This document shows positions 40,116-50,051 of a stretch of 64,000 nt of DNA, one piece after another (position 1 is the first letter of the stretch; each line of letters opens with the position of its first letter). Below the pieces are notes generated by a model that saw only the letters and a list, made by a program, of their open reading frames with translations, did not search any database and was not told the origin of the DNA. The translations under genes and the position numbers were made by a program. This stretch comes from an uncultured Gemmatimonadales bacterium (GTDB lineage Bacteria > Gemmatimonadota > Gemmatimonadetes > Gemmatimonadales > GWC2-71-9), in NCBI GenBank assembly GCA_963828735.1, contig CAWHFW010000003.1, positions 96,001 through 160,000 of the forward strand. The letters are read 5' to 3'.

Positions 40116-41174
40116 CTAGCGCAGGCTCGCCAGCTCGCCTTCGATCCGCTTCTTCTGGGTCTCGTTCGTCACCATCCCGAGCGCTTTCGAGTAGTTCGCC
40201 ACAGCCTGCTTCTTGTCACCCTTTCTGACGTACGCCTCCGCCAGGCTGTCGTAGGTGTTCCACGACTTGGGGTAGTCCTTCGTGTTCTTGCGGAAGACGG
40301 CGATGGCCGAGTCCACCTTTCCCTGCCCCATCAACAAGTACCCGTAGGTATTGACCTCGGCCTCGTTGGCGACGGCAAGCGAGCGTTGTGCCGAGGAGTC
40401 GGCGCCGCGCTGATCCCCGCGCAGGCCGAGCAGCGCCGCCTTCACCCGAAGGTTGGTGAAGTTCTCGTTCAGGCCGATGGACTGGTCGGCCCAGGCACTG
40501 GCCTCCTCCAGATTCACCTTGTTGGCCGCGCACCAGGCCGCCGCCTGGCTCCACGGCTGCCAGAAGAACCGGCCCAGGCCCCGGAGCTGCTGCCGCAGAC
40601 TGTCCACCACGACCACCTTGCTGTCCACCTCGATCGTGAAGGGCACCGCGAGCTTCTCCCACCGCAGGGTGGCCACGACCCCGTCATCGGTCGGGTCGTC
40701 GAAGGTGTACGTCAGCCGTTCGTGCATGTTTCCCGGTGCAGGCGTCGCGTGAATGCGAAGGGCGTCCTCCGATGAGTCGTAGCTGAAGCTCCCCCAGGCG
40801 TTCGCCTCGCGACTGAAGATGATGGTCCAGTCCCCGGCGGTCGGGATCATGTGCAGGCCGTAACGACCGGCCTCGAGCGCGTGGCCGCCGATCCGCACCG
40901 GCGAGCTGAAGCTGATGACGGTGTTCTCGTTGGCGCCCGCCCGCCACACCGTGTCGAAGGGCACCAGCTTGCCCCAGATCTCGCGTCCGTTCACGCCGGG
41001 GCGGTCGTAGGTGATCGCGATGTCGGTGAGCCCGATGACCTGGCTCACCGAGGCGCGCGGACTCTGCTTCGGGAGCACCAGCGGTGGCGCCTGCGCGTGG
41101 GCCCCGGCCGGGAGGACGGCGGACGAGGCCGCGAGCGTGGCGCATGCGAGGACAAGCGAGCGGAGGTGTCGCAT
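40116..41174 (-). CDS. DUF2911 domain + TPR secreted protein
   Basis: SPRA.VSQ.IG.TDI.I.Y.RP, VWRAGANE and LRWEK motifs; C-terminal TPRs. Confidence 0.88.
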   Translation of the reverse strand: MRHLRSLVLACATLAASSAVLPAGAHAQAPPLVLPKQSPRASVSQVIGLTDIAITYDRPGVNGREIWGKLVPFDTVWRAGANENTVISFSSPVRIGGHALEAGRYGLHMIPTAGDWTIIFSREANAWGSFSYDSSEDALRIHATPAPGNMHERLTYTFDDPTDDGVVATLRWEKLAVPFTIEVDSKVVVVDSLRQQLRGLGRFFWQPWSQAAAWCAANKVNLEEASAWADQSIGLNENFTNLRVKAALLGLRGDQRGADSSAQRSLAVANEAEVNTYGYLLMGQGKVDSAIAVFRKNTKDYPKSWNTYDSLAEAYVRKGDKKQAVANYSKALGMVTNETQKKRIEGELASLR

Positions 41175-41318
41175 AGGCGCTCATGGGGAAGGGATGCTCT
41201 CTCTACGGACGGAGGCCACGACGGTTTCCCGCCGCGCGGGGGCCGGTTATGATGCGAATTCCTGCGACCCTCCCACGCCCGTGGAGGCGCGCTCATCGCC
41301 CGGAGGCGCGCCACTCCG

Positions 41319-42587
41319 ATGAACATCGCCACGACGTTGGAGGGCGACACCGCGGCCCAGGTGCGCCTCGCCGGCCGGCTCGACGGTGAGGCTGCCGCCC
41401 AGCTCGCCGACACCCTGGAGCGACTGCTCCGTGACGGCCGCCGTGCCGTGGTCCTCGAGATGAGCGGCGTGACCTACCTGAGCTCGCCCGGCGCGCTGGC
41501 GATCCAGCAGGCGTCCCAGGACTGGGGCTCGCTTCGCAGAGAGCTCCGCATCCAGGCGCCGTCCCAGGCAGCCCGGGACGCGCTCGCCCCGGCGGACCTG
41601 CTTCCCCGGCTGCTCGAGTCCGCGACCGCCGACCGCCGTGCCGCGTTTGGCCCTCCGCCGATCGATCAGACCAGTGAGTCCTGGCGGGTCCCCGCCGCGC
41701 ACGACACGCGAGGCACCTACGAGGTGACCTCGCGCGAGCCGGGTGCGGAGCTTTCGTGCCGGGTCTACGGCCGCCCGGAAAGCGCCATGCGCGGGTGGAT
41801 CCAACCGGCGGACTATCACCAGGTCGAGTTCCCGGAGGCTTCGTTTGGTCTGGGACTGGGTGCCCTGGGCTCGTCGCGCCCCGAGGCGGCCGCGCGACTA
41901 GGGGAGCTGGTCGCGGCCGCCGGCGCCGTCGCCCACCTGCCCACGCTGGGCGCGCAGGTGCCCGACTTCGACATGGGCCTGGGAGGCCGAGCCCCGCTGG
42001 CCTACGTGGTTTCGGGGATGATGTGCAGCGGCGGGTTCTCCCTCCTCACGCGCTTCTCCAGCGCGACCGAGGCGGCCCCCGTGCCCCTGAGCGAGCTTGC
42101 CCGCGTCTGCCTCGACGGCGTCGCCGGGCACACGGCGGGCCTCGTCATCGTGGCCGAGGCGACCGGACTGGTGGGAGCGTGGCTTCGGCGCAGTCCGGGC
42201 GTCGAGCCGCCCAGCCTGCATCTCCACCTCCAGGGCGTGCGCGACTGGCTCGGCACGACTCCGCAGCCCATCCACCAGGGAACTACCGTGCTCGCCGCGG
42301 GCGTGGTCACCCGGCGCCCCGACGCGGCTCTCGCGCCGTTTCTCCGGCCGATCGCGCCTGACAGCGACATGCTCGGCCACTTTCATGCGGTGGCGTTCAC
42401 CTATCGACCCGTGCCGCAGCGCACGGTCGCCCTTCGCGCCGTCGTCACTCGGCTCTTCGGGCAGCAACGCGTTCGCGGACTGCTCCATCTGATCGGCGAT
42501 GATCGTGGCCCGGCCGGCGCGGGACAGAGTGCCTTCCGGCGGGGCCTGTGCTGGGCAGGTCCGGTTACGCGGGTGGCAGGCGCGTGA
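41319..42587 (+). CDS. STAS (anti-anti-sigma) domain fused to ~300-aa unknown domain
   Basis: GRLD...LEMSGVTYLSSPG STAS signature; no signal peptide. Confidence 0.8.
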   Translation: MNIATTLEGDTAAQVRLAGRLDGEAAAQLADTLERLLRDGRRAVVLEMSGVTYLSSPGALAIQQASQDWGSLRRELRIQAPSQAARDALAPADLLPRLLESATADRRAAFGPPPIDQTSESWRVPAAHDTRGTYEVTSREPGAELSCRVYGRPESAMRGWIQPADYHQVEFPEASFGLGLGALGSSRPEAAARLGELVAAAGAVAHLPTLGAQVPDFDMGLGGRAPLAYVVSGMMCSGGFSLLTRFSSATEAAPVPLSELARVCLDGVAGHTAGLVIVAEATGLVGAWLRRSPGVEPPSLHLHLQGVRDWLGTTPQPIHQGTTVLAAGVVTRRPDAALAPFLRPIAPDSDMLGHFHAVAFTYRPVPQRTVALRAVVTRLFGQQRVRGLLHLIGDDRGPAGAGQSAFRRGLCWAGPVTRVAGA

Positions 42588-43522
42588 ACCTCCTTGTCGG
42601 CGCCCTATCCATCGGTTTTCTCCTCTCTCTGCTCACCCTGGGCGTCTTCATCACCTACCGGGTGATGGGCCGCCTCGACCTGACGACCGACGGCTCCTTC
42701 GGGCTGGGTGGCGCGGTAGCCGCTGCCCTGCTCGCGCACGGGGTGCATCCCATCCTCGCGACGGTGGCGGCCGCGGCCGCGGGCTGGCTCGCCGGCGCTA
42801 CCACCGGGCTCATCTACGTGATGCTGGGCATCGACACGCTGCTCGCCGGCATCCTGGTGACCACCGCGATCTACACCGTCCAGCTCTACGTCATGGGCGG
42901 CGGGAACCGCTCGCTGGGGGCGCTGGACACGCTGCCTGCCGTCGCCGAGCGCGTCTGGCACGCACTCCACCTGCCCGACGCGGTGATGCTCGCGGGCACG
43001 AGCGTGCGCGCGGGACTGTTCTCGTCGCTCACGGTGTTCGTAGCCTGGGTGCTGTTCAGCGTCTGGATCCTCGCGCGCTTCCTGCGTACCGATCTCGGGC
43101 TCGCGATGCGGGCCGCGGGCGGCAACGCTCAGGCGTCGCGCGCGCTCGGGGTCGACACCGGGCTCATGGTGACCCTCGGTCTGGTGCTCGCGAACGGCCT
43201 CGTCGCGCTCGCAGGCGCCCTCTTCGCGCAGTACGAGGGGTTCGCGAACGTCTCCATGGGGATCGGGATGATCGTCTCCGGGCTCGCCTGCCTGGTGTTG
43301 GGCGAGGGATTGCTCGGTCGCGGAACACTGCGCCGCCAGATCGCGGGCACCATGTTCGGCACCATCGCGTTTCGACTCCTCGTGGCGCTCGCGCTCGTGG
43401 CCGGCCTTCCGGCCGACGCTCTCAAGCTCTCGACGGCCGCGTTCGTGCTCGCGGCGCTGGTGGTGCCGGGCGCCGCCAGCCGGCTGTGGCGGCGGCTGGA
43501 CCGCGTGGGGGTGCGCCCATGA
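42584..43522 (+). CDS. ABC transporter permease (COG4120-like)
   Basis: DLTTDGSFGLG, GLAMRAAG.N, LANGLVALAGAL.AQ and GIGMIV.GLA motifs; GTGA overlap. Confidence 0.9.
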   Translation: MNLLVGALSIGFLLSLLTLGVFITYRVMGRLDLTTDGSFGLGGAVAAALLAHGVHPILATVAAAAAGWLAGATTGLIYVMLGIDTLLAGILVTTAIYTVQLYVMGGGNRSLGALDTLPAVAERVWHALHLPDAVMLAGTSVRAGLFSSLTVFVAWVLFSVWILARFLRTDLGLAMRAAGGNAQASRALGVDTGLMVTLGLVLANGLVALAGALFAQYEGFANVSMGIGMIVSGLACLVLGEGLLGRGTLRRQIAGTMFGTIAFRLLVALALVAGLPADALKLSTAAFVLAALVVPGAASRLWRRLDRVGVRP

Positions 43523-44346
43523 CGGAGCCGGCGCTCGCGGCCACCGGGCTGTCTCACACGTTCTTCCCGGGCACGCCCAGCGAGCAGGTCGCGCTGGAGG
43601 AGGTGGACCTCACGATGGAGCCCAAGGCCTTCGTCGTGGTGCTGGGGGTCAACGGCTCGGGCAAATCCACACTGCTCAACGCAATCGCGGGGACGCTGCC
43701 GGTCGACCGCGGCACCATCCGCCTGGGCGGTCGCGACGTCACCGGCTGGCCCGAGTGGCGCCGCGCGGGCCTGATCGGACGCGTGTTCCAGAATCCGGTG
43801 AGCGGCAGCATCGCGAACCTCACCGTGGCCGAGAACCTCGCCGTCGCGGCCAAGCGCGGCGGTCAGCGCGGCGTCCTGCGCAACGCCCTCGGCCGGGGGC
43901 GGCGCGGAGAGCTGGGCGATCGGGTTCGCGAGCTCGGGTTGGGCCTGGAGGATCGACTCGACACGCCGGTCGGGGCGCTGTCGGGAGGACAGCGACAGGC
44001 GCTTACGCTGCTGATGGCGACTCTGGTCCGCCCCGAGCTCCTCCTGCTCGACGAGCACACGTCGGCGCTCGACCCGCGAAGCACCGAGCAAGTGGTTCAG
44101 CTGACCGCCGAGATCATCCGCAAGGAAGGGCTCACCACGCTCATGGTCACCCACTCGATGCAGCAGGCCGTCGCCCTCGGGGATCGGGTCGTGCTGATGC
44201 ACCGCGGCCGGATCGTCGAGAGCATCGGCGGCGCACGGAAGCGGCAGCTCCGGGTGGAGGAGCTGCTCGACAGCTTCGACCGCCTGCGCAATGCGGATTT
44301 GGTGGACGACTCTGCCGCGGACATGCTACGGCGGTTGTACGTCTGA
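43519..44346 (+). CDS. ABC transporter ATP-binding protein (COG1101-like)
   Basis: GVNGSGKST, RVFQNP, LSGGQRQ, LLLLDEHT.ALDP and MVTH motifs; ATGA overlap. Confidence 0.93.
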   Translation: MTEPALAATGLSHTFFPGTPSEQVALEEVDLTMEPKAFVVVLGVNGSGKSTLLNAIAGTLPVDRGTIRLGGRDVTGWPEWRRAGLIGRVFQNPVSGSIANLTVAENLAVAAKRGGQRGVLRNALGRGRRGELGDRVRELGLGLEDRLDTPVGALSGGQRQALTLLMATLVRPELLLLDEHTSALDPRSTEQVVQLTAEIIRKEGLTTLMVTHSMQQAVALGDRVVLMHRGRIVESIGGARKRQLRVEELLDSFDRLRNADLVDDSAADMLRRLYV

Positions 44347-44497
44347 GGACGGGGTCGGCATGCTTCAGGGCCGTGCGGGCCTTGGGGAGTGAAGCTTGTT
44401 GACGGGCGGAGATGTCGGCGGCGGTGGGCGGAAGCCGATCGGATCGAGGGCGGCGGCGTCCGAACAGAGGAGTCTCAAGGGTCCCCGGGGGAGACCC

Positions 44498-45613
44498 TTA
44501 CCAGCTCAACGTATACTGCCCTCCCAATGTCATCAGCGTTTCATTGGCGCGGAGGTCGTCGCTCGGGTGGTCGCTCGGCCACGCGCTTCGGTGTGAGGTG
44601 AGTCCGAAGTTGACCGCGAACGCGTTCACGATGTGCACGCTCGCCAGCAGCCGCTCCAGGTCGTCCCGTCGCCGCGACACGATGGCACCGCCGCCGAACG
44701 CGAACGTCTTCTCCGCGGTCAGGCTGACCGGAAGCCGCACCTCGGTCAGGTTGCCGTTGAGTCTGAGACGCGTGCTCACGATCTGGAGCGTCTGCACCCC
44801 ATCGGTATAGATGCCGAGCTGGGAGCTCGCGGTGACTCCTCGAAGAATGACGCTGGGACCGATGCCGACACGCCACGTGGTCCGGTCGCTCACCACGGGA
44901 CTCTCTGCGTCCGCCAGCCACTCGCTCTGATAGGCGTCGACGTGCACGGCCACACCGTAGCTCAGATCGCCGCCGTGCTTCAGAACACGGGCCACGTCGA
45001 GCGACGCCGCGCGCTCGCCGCGGCCGGTGTAGCCCTCCACCCGCCCGCTCCACTGGCGTCCGCTCAGCTCCGCCTGCACCGAATAGATGCCGCTGTTGAG
45101 CGCCTCACGAAACAGCACCGCGCTGTGCGAGCCGACCAGGGACCGCCGGGCGAAGATCGTGTTGTACGCGGCAGTGATCGCGACCGTCCGATGGTTCGCC
45201 TCGGGCAGCACGACTGGAATCTCGTGATAGATCGTCCGGCACACGCCCTGCCGGCACACCTTGATCTCCGCTGGCTTCATGAGCCGCGACAGCAGCTGCC
45301 CCTCGAAGCGCGTGGCGTAGCGCTCGGTCGGCCCCGACTCGCCGAAGTTGGGATCGATGCGCACCCGCAGAGTGTCGTGGGTAGTCCAGTACCGATCGAG
45401 CCCGTTCTCCGAGGCGAAGATGATGCTGTCTACCCGGGGGCTCGTGATCATGAGATCGGCGGGCTGGCCGACGCTGGGCGTGGCCGGCTCCATCCGAATC
45501 GTCACAGGCAGAGGATCGCCCGTGACCTTGGTGGTCTGGGTGGGGATACCGCAACCGATCGCAGCGGTCGCCGAGGCGACGAGCCCGATCCGGGAGATGG
45601 CTCTCTTGAGCAT
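44498..45613 (-). CDS. Hypothetical lipoprotein with beta-strand-rich C-terminal half
   Basis: Lipobox AIG-C; alternating hydrophobic strands; C-terminal YTLSW. Confidence 0.7.
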   Translation of the reverse strand: MLKRAISRIGLVASATAAIGCGIPTQTTKVTGDPLPVTIRMEPATPSVGQPADLMITSPRVDSIIFASENGLDRYWTTHDTLRVRIDPNFGESGPTERYATRFEGQLLSRLMKPAEIKVCRQGVCRTIYHEIPVVLPEANHRTVAITAAYNTIFARRSLVGSHSAVLFREALNSGIYSVQAELSGRQWSGRVEGYTGRGERAASLDVARVLKHGGDLSYGVAVHVDAYQSEWLADAESPVVSDRTTWRVGIGPSVILRGVTASSQLGIYTDGVQTLQIVSTRLRLNGNLTEVRLPVSLTAEKTFAFGGGAIVSRRRDDLERLLASVHIVNAFAVNFGLTSHRSAWPSDHPSDDLRANETLMTLGGQYTLSW

Positions 45614-45979
45614 CTGGCTGCTCGGGGAAGGACATCCGTGTGGCGACGGCCTGACCACAGTGTAGCGCGAAAAACGCAACCCGGCCAGAGGGTTGGCGCA
45701 AGATTGTGCGGTCCTGCGCTGGTCACCGTTGCTCGGCATGCCGCCTCCACGCACCGTTCACGGCCTCCTGGGAAGCCCGGCGGCACGCCCCCGCCAAGTC
45801 GCGGGGCCGCTGCGCGCTGCTCGAGCACGGACGGATGTACAATGAGATCCCGGCGGTGTCCCGCCGGCTGGTGCGGACAGTCGGCGCGCCGACGGTTGCA
45901 GCGCGACGACCACCCTGTAGAGAGGCTGGGGGGCAAAAGGGCAAGCGGCGTGCCGAGACGGCACGGCGGTGGGAGGCGC

Positions 45980-46708
45980 ATGGCGCAGGTCTGGATCGGG
46001 ACGTCGGGGTACGTCTACCGGCACTGGCGAGCCGGGGTGTTCTATCCGCCGGGCATGTCCGCCCGCGACGAGCTCACCTGGTACGCCGACCGCTTTCGCA
46101 CGGTCGAGCTCAACAATCCTTTCTATCGACCACCGTCACGCGCGACCTATGCGCGCTGGGCGGAGGCGACGCCGAGGGATTTCGTCTTCGCGGTGAAGGT
46201 GAGCCGCGTCATCAGTCACTACCGCCGGCTCCGCGAGGTCGGCGAGCCGCTCGCCCGTTTTCTCGACGACGCCGAGGCCCTGGGCCCGAAGCTCGGCCCG
46301 CTGCTGGTGCAGCTCCCGCCGCAGTTCCAACTCGACCTGGCGGCGCTGCGAGCATTCCTGGCAGTGCTGTCCGAGTCGTTTCGGTGGGTGCTCGAAGTCC
46401 GGCATCCGAGCTGGCAGGTCCCGGCGGTCTACGAGACACTGGCCACCCGTGGGGTGGCCCTCTGCGTTCCGGTCGGCGGGCGTGTCCAGCCGGACCTGGT
46501 AACGACCGCCGCGTTTACCTACGTGCGGATGCACTCAGGAGCCGAAGCCGGGAGGTTCGGTGACGAGGAACTGGCGGTGTGGGCCAGGAGGGTGCGCGCG
46601 CTGGTGCGCTCAGGCAAGGAGGTGTTCGTTTACTTCAACAACGATCGGGAAGGGCATGCGCCGCGCGATGCGGCGAGGCTTCGGGACCGGTTGGGTCTGA
46701 TCCGCTGA
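45980..46708 (+). CDS. DUF72 domain protein
   Basis: IGTSGY.Y..W, TVELN..FYR.P, F.FAVK, LGP.L.QLPP, E.RH.SW, YVRMH and VYFNND motifs; GGAGG RBS. Confidence 0.93.
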   Translation: MAQVWIGTSGYVYRHWRAGVFYPPGMSARDELTWYADRFRTVELNNPFYRPPSRATYARWAEATPRDFVFAVKVSRVISHYRRLREVGEPLARFLDDAEALGPKLGPLLVQLPPQFQLDLAALRAFLAVLSESFRWVLEVRHPSWQVPAVYETLATRGVALCVPVGGRVQPDLVTTAAFTYVRMHSGAEAGRFGDEELAVWARRVRALVRSGKEVFVYFNNDREGHAPRDAARLRDRLGLIR

Positions 46709-46888
46709 AAAGCGCGGCGGTCACGACGCGTGCCATCACATCGTCGCGCGCGTCCCGCGGGGAAGGCTCACGGAAGCTCGCGAAAGTTCACCGCCTTCGA
46801 CGCGGCTGCACTGGTCCCTCCTCGGCTCCCCTCAGATCATCCCGACGCAACCGTCGCCCGCACCGACCGTGACACACCGAGAGCCGCG

Positions 46889-47443
46889 TCAGCCGCCGTG
46901 GCGCTCGGGGCCGGGTTCATGCTCCAGTCCGCCGCTGCCCGCCGAGCCGAACTTGGCCGCCGTGAGATGGGCCGTCGCGTTGAACGGCGGTTCGTGCCGC
47001 TCGACGTCCACATAGCGGCCCGGGTCCGCCCGAAAGGCGTCCCGGCAGGTCTCGGAGCAGAAGAAGAACTCCCGGACTCCGTTGCTCGTCCGGGCGCCGG
47101 CCGTAGTCCGATGCACCTCCGCGCCGCAGACGGGATCCCGCGACGGCTGCATGCTGGCCTCCTGTCGAGTCTCGACCGTGCCGGGCACGAGCTCGGGGAC
47201 CGGGTTGAGCTCGTGCACGCCGCACCAGTTCAGCAGCCCGGCTACCTCGGCGGCGTGCTCGCTCGTGTCCACGAGCACCTCGGTGTGCTCGTTCGTGATC
47301 ACGCGGCCTGGACGCGATGCCCGCTTGCTGGCCGGCCGCCAGGGGCCCAGGGCCTGCGTCAGATCGATGCCCCTGGCCTTCATCCGCGCCGCGAGCTCGT
47401 ACACCGTGGTGGGCTCATAGCGCCCGCGCTGCCTGCGTCTCAT
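46889..47443 (-). CDS. Unknown N-terminal domain + YHS domain protein
   Basis: DPVCG...FFFCSETCRDAF..DP.RY YHS motif; strong RBS at both ATG 47443 and in-frame ATG 47152. Confidence 0.78.
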   Translation of the reverse strand: MRRRQRGRYEPTTVYELAARMKARGIDLTQALGPWRPASKRASRPGRVITNEHTEVLVDTSEHAAEVAGLLNWCGVHELNPVPELVPGTVETRQEASMQPSRDPVCGAEVHRTTAGARTSNGVREFFFCSETCRDAFRADPGRYVDVERHEPPFNATAHLTAAKFGSAGSGGLEHEPGPERHGG

Positions 47444-47540
47444 GATCGCCTCCCCGAGTGTTCGCTGCTGCAGGATGGCGTCACCGGACGGGGACAAGCG
47501 GTGAGGCCGATCACTCTCCAGACATCCGGGGAATACCCCT

Positions 47541-47579
47541 AAAACGACGGAGCCGCCGCGCCCGAAGGCGCGGCGGCTC
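47541..47579 (-). terminator. Intrinsic terminator of the OMP gene
   Basis: 13-bp stem with c(UUCG)g loop on the minus strand, followed by cgtcgtttt. Confidence 0.8.
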
Positions 47580-47601
47580 GTCACATCCTGTACCGAAGCG
47601 A

Positions 47602-48159
47602 CTAGAAGCGCAGGCCGACGGTCAGCGGAATCATGTAGGCGGTCTTCTCCTCGCCGGTCGTGACGTCGGCGATCCCCTTCATGATGCCGTGGAACCGAGC
47701 CTCGGCGAAGAGCTTCGCCTTGCCCATGCCGAAGTCGAAGCCGGCGCCCGCATTGAAGCCGAACTTGGTCTGCGAATCCGACGAGCCCAGGCCATCGACC
47801 GTGGTCTGGCCGTTGTAGACACCCAGGCCACCGATCAGGTACGGACGGGCCACGCTCGCGCCCGGGAAGGCGAACACCGCGTTGGCAGTGCCACCGACCA
47901 TGCGGCTGTGGCCATCGATCCCGCCCTCGAGGCCGAAGCGGGTGTAGAACGCGTCCACCTGGAAGCCGAGCGGGCTGGCCGGCGGCTGCAGGCGCACGAG
48001 CGCGCTACCGCTGTAGCCGGTCGAATTCGCGTCACTCATCGAGCCGCTCGGGAGCACCACACCACCACCAACGCCAAAGCTCAGGCCCTGCGCATTCGCG
48101 GCCTGCGCCCCGAGCATCACGGCCAGACCAAGGACGGCACCACGGATCGTGCTCTTCAT
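47602..48159 (-). CDS. Small outer-membrane beta-barrel (OmpA-TM-like)
   Basis: Signal peptide, RPYLIGGLG, FGFNAGAG, LFAEARFH and C-terminal GLRF. Confidence 0.88.
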   Translation of the reverse strand: MKSTIRGAVLGLAVMLGAQAANAQGLSFGVGGGVVLPSGSMSDANSTGYSGSALVRLQPPASPLGFQVDAFYTRFGLEGGIDGHSRMVGGTANAVFAFPGASVARPYLIGGLGVYNGQTTVDGLGSSDSQTKFGFNAGAGFDFGMGKAKLFAEARFHGIMKGIADVTTGEEKTAYMIPLTVGLRF

Positions 48160-48482
48160 GGGATCTCCCTCACAAACGGGTGGCTTGAACGCAAGCTCGC
48201 GGAGACGAGCGGACATCTGGCGCGGTGGTCGGCAAGCGGCCTGCCAGCCGGCGTTGCAGATGGAAAACATTTAGCCAACCGATTGGGGGGCTTGCTCTTC
48301 TGAGATCGCGGGAGGCCCCGTCGTCGAGCTTTCGACTGTCAGCTTCCTTACAGGTGCGAACGGTTGCAGCGCGCGCTGCAATGAGACGTGGACAGGCGCA
48401 AGACGGGCCCCTCGGCGCCGAGGGGGCGTCCGGGCCTGATCGGAACCGTGATAGCTTTGGGACGACTCCTCTCCGGACGTCC

Positions 48483-50051
48483 ATGGCCCTCTTCGAGCTC
48501 GTCATCGCCCTCCTGCTGGCCGGCGCAATACTGGCCGCCGTGGCCCGGCGGCTCAACGCGCCCTACCCTGCCCTTCTCGCACTGGCCGGCGCAGCGCTCG
48601 CCCTGATGCCGAACGCGCCGACCGTGACGCTCGATCCCGAGCTCGCGCTCACACTCCTCGTCGCGCCGGTGCTGCTCGACGCGGCCTTCGACTCCTCACC
48701 CCGCGATCTCAGGCAGAACTGGCGCGCGGTGACGGCGCTGGCGCTGGTGGCCGTCGGACTCACCGTCGCCGGTGTCGCAGTCGTCGCGCGCTGGATCCTG
48801 CCCGGCCTGCCCTGGGCCGCCGCCGTGGCGCTCGGTGCCATCGTGGCGCCGCCCGACGCGGCCGCCGCGACCGCGGTGCTCCGGCAGCTTCGGCCCCCGC
48901 ACCGGATCCTGGTGGTTCTCGAGGGCGAGAGCCTGTTCAACGACGCGAGCGCGCTGCTCGTCTACCGGCTTGCCGTCGCGGCGGCGATGACGGGGACGTT
49001 CGGCGGCTGGGCCGCGGTCCCCACGCTCCTCGCGGTAGCGATCGGCAGCGTGCTGCTCGGCGCGGCCCTCTCGCGCGTCCTCATCTGGCTCGCGCCCCGG
49101 ATCACCGACGTGGCAACGGCCGTGGTCGTCCAGTTTCTCGGCACGTTCGCCGTGTGGATGATCGCCGAGCGGCTGCACCTCTCGGGCATCATCACGGTGG
49201 TGGTCTTCGCCATCCTCGTCGCTCGCACGGTGCCCGACCTCATCTCGGGCCGGCTCCGCATCCAGAGCTACGCGGTGTGGGAAGTCGCGGTCTTCGTGCT
49301 CAACGTGCTCGCGTTCATTCTGATCGGGCTCCAGCTCAAGCCGATTCTCGCGCGCCTCACCCGGAGCGAGCTCGAGCTGTACGCCTGGGCGGCGGTCGCG
49401 ATCTGCGTCGCGGTGATCGTGATCCGGATCCTCTGGGTCACGATCTACGCGGCGACGGCGAAATCGCGCCACGAGCGGATCGGCAAGGGCGAAGCCGGCG
49501 TCGTCGCCTGGTGCGGCATGCGCGGCATCGTGACCCTGGCCGCGGCGCTCGCGCTGCCGGATGGGGCGCCCGGCGCGGCATTTCCCTACCGGGACTTCAT
49601 CCTGTTCACCGCGTTCTGCGTCGTGCTCGGCACGCTCGTGATCCAGGGCATGACCGTGCGGCCGCTCATGCGCCTGCTCCGACTCAAGGACGACGGCACC
49701 GTGGACCGGGAGGTTCGCATCGCCCGAGCGGAGACGGCGCGGGCCGGCCTCGCGGTCGTGGACGGCGCCGGAGACAGCGAGATCCTGGCCTTCCTCCGCC
49801 GGAAGTACGTCGCGCGCGTGCGGCGCGTCGAGCAGGACGGGGGCGCCCAGGACGATCCCGAGGTGGAGGGATGGCGCGACTTCAGCGTGGTATTGCAGCA
49901 CGCGCAGGCGGCGGAGCGACGGACGCTGTCGGACCTTCGGGCGCGCGGCGTCATCGGTGACGACGCGTTCCACATGGTCGAGGAGGAGCTCGACTGGTCG
50001 GAGGCGAACACCCAGGCGCGACAGTCCGAGCCCAGGGCGAGGGTCGAGTAG
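48483..50051 (+). CDS. Na+/H+ antiporter (CPA1, NhaP-like)
   Basis: GAIVAPPDA, EGESLFNDA and GMRGIVTLAAAL motifs; many TM helices. Confidence 0.93.
   Translation: MALFELVIALLLAGAILAAVARRLNAPYPALLALAGAALALMPNAPTVTLDPELALTLLVAPVLLDAAFDSSPRDLRQNWRAVTALALVAVGLTVAGVAVVARWILPGLPWAAAVALGAIVAPPDAAAATAVLRQLRPPHRILVVLEGESLFNDASALLVYRLAVAAAMTGTFGGWAAVPTLLAVAIGSVLLGAALSRVLIWLAPRITDVATAVVVQFLGTFAVWMIAERLHLSGIITVVVFAILVARTVPDLISGRLRIQSYAVWEVAVFVLNVLAFILIGLQLKPILARLTRSELELYAWAAVAICVAVIVIRILWVTIYAATAKSRHERIGKGEAGVVAWCGMRGIVTLAAALALPDGAPGAAFPYRDFILFTAFCVVLGTLVIQGMTVRPLMRLLRLKDDGTVDREVRIARAETARAGLAVVDGAGDSEILAFLRRKYVARVRRVEQDGGAQDDPEVEGWRDFSVVLQHAQAAERRTLSDLRARGVIGDDAFHMVEEELDWSEANTQARQSEPRARVE

Noticed and set aside
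42499..43518. Long upstream extensions on ORF-track calls (ABC ATPase; likewise PE 38206, DUF72 44633, M24 56744, antiporter 48225, 15277)
   Set aside because: They overlap other real genes or spacers; internal RBS or coupled starts define shorter CDSs, so these are not fusions.
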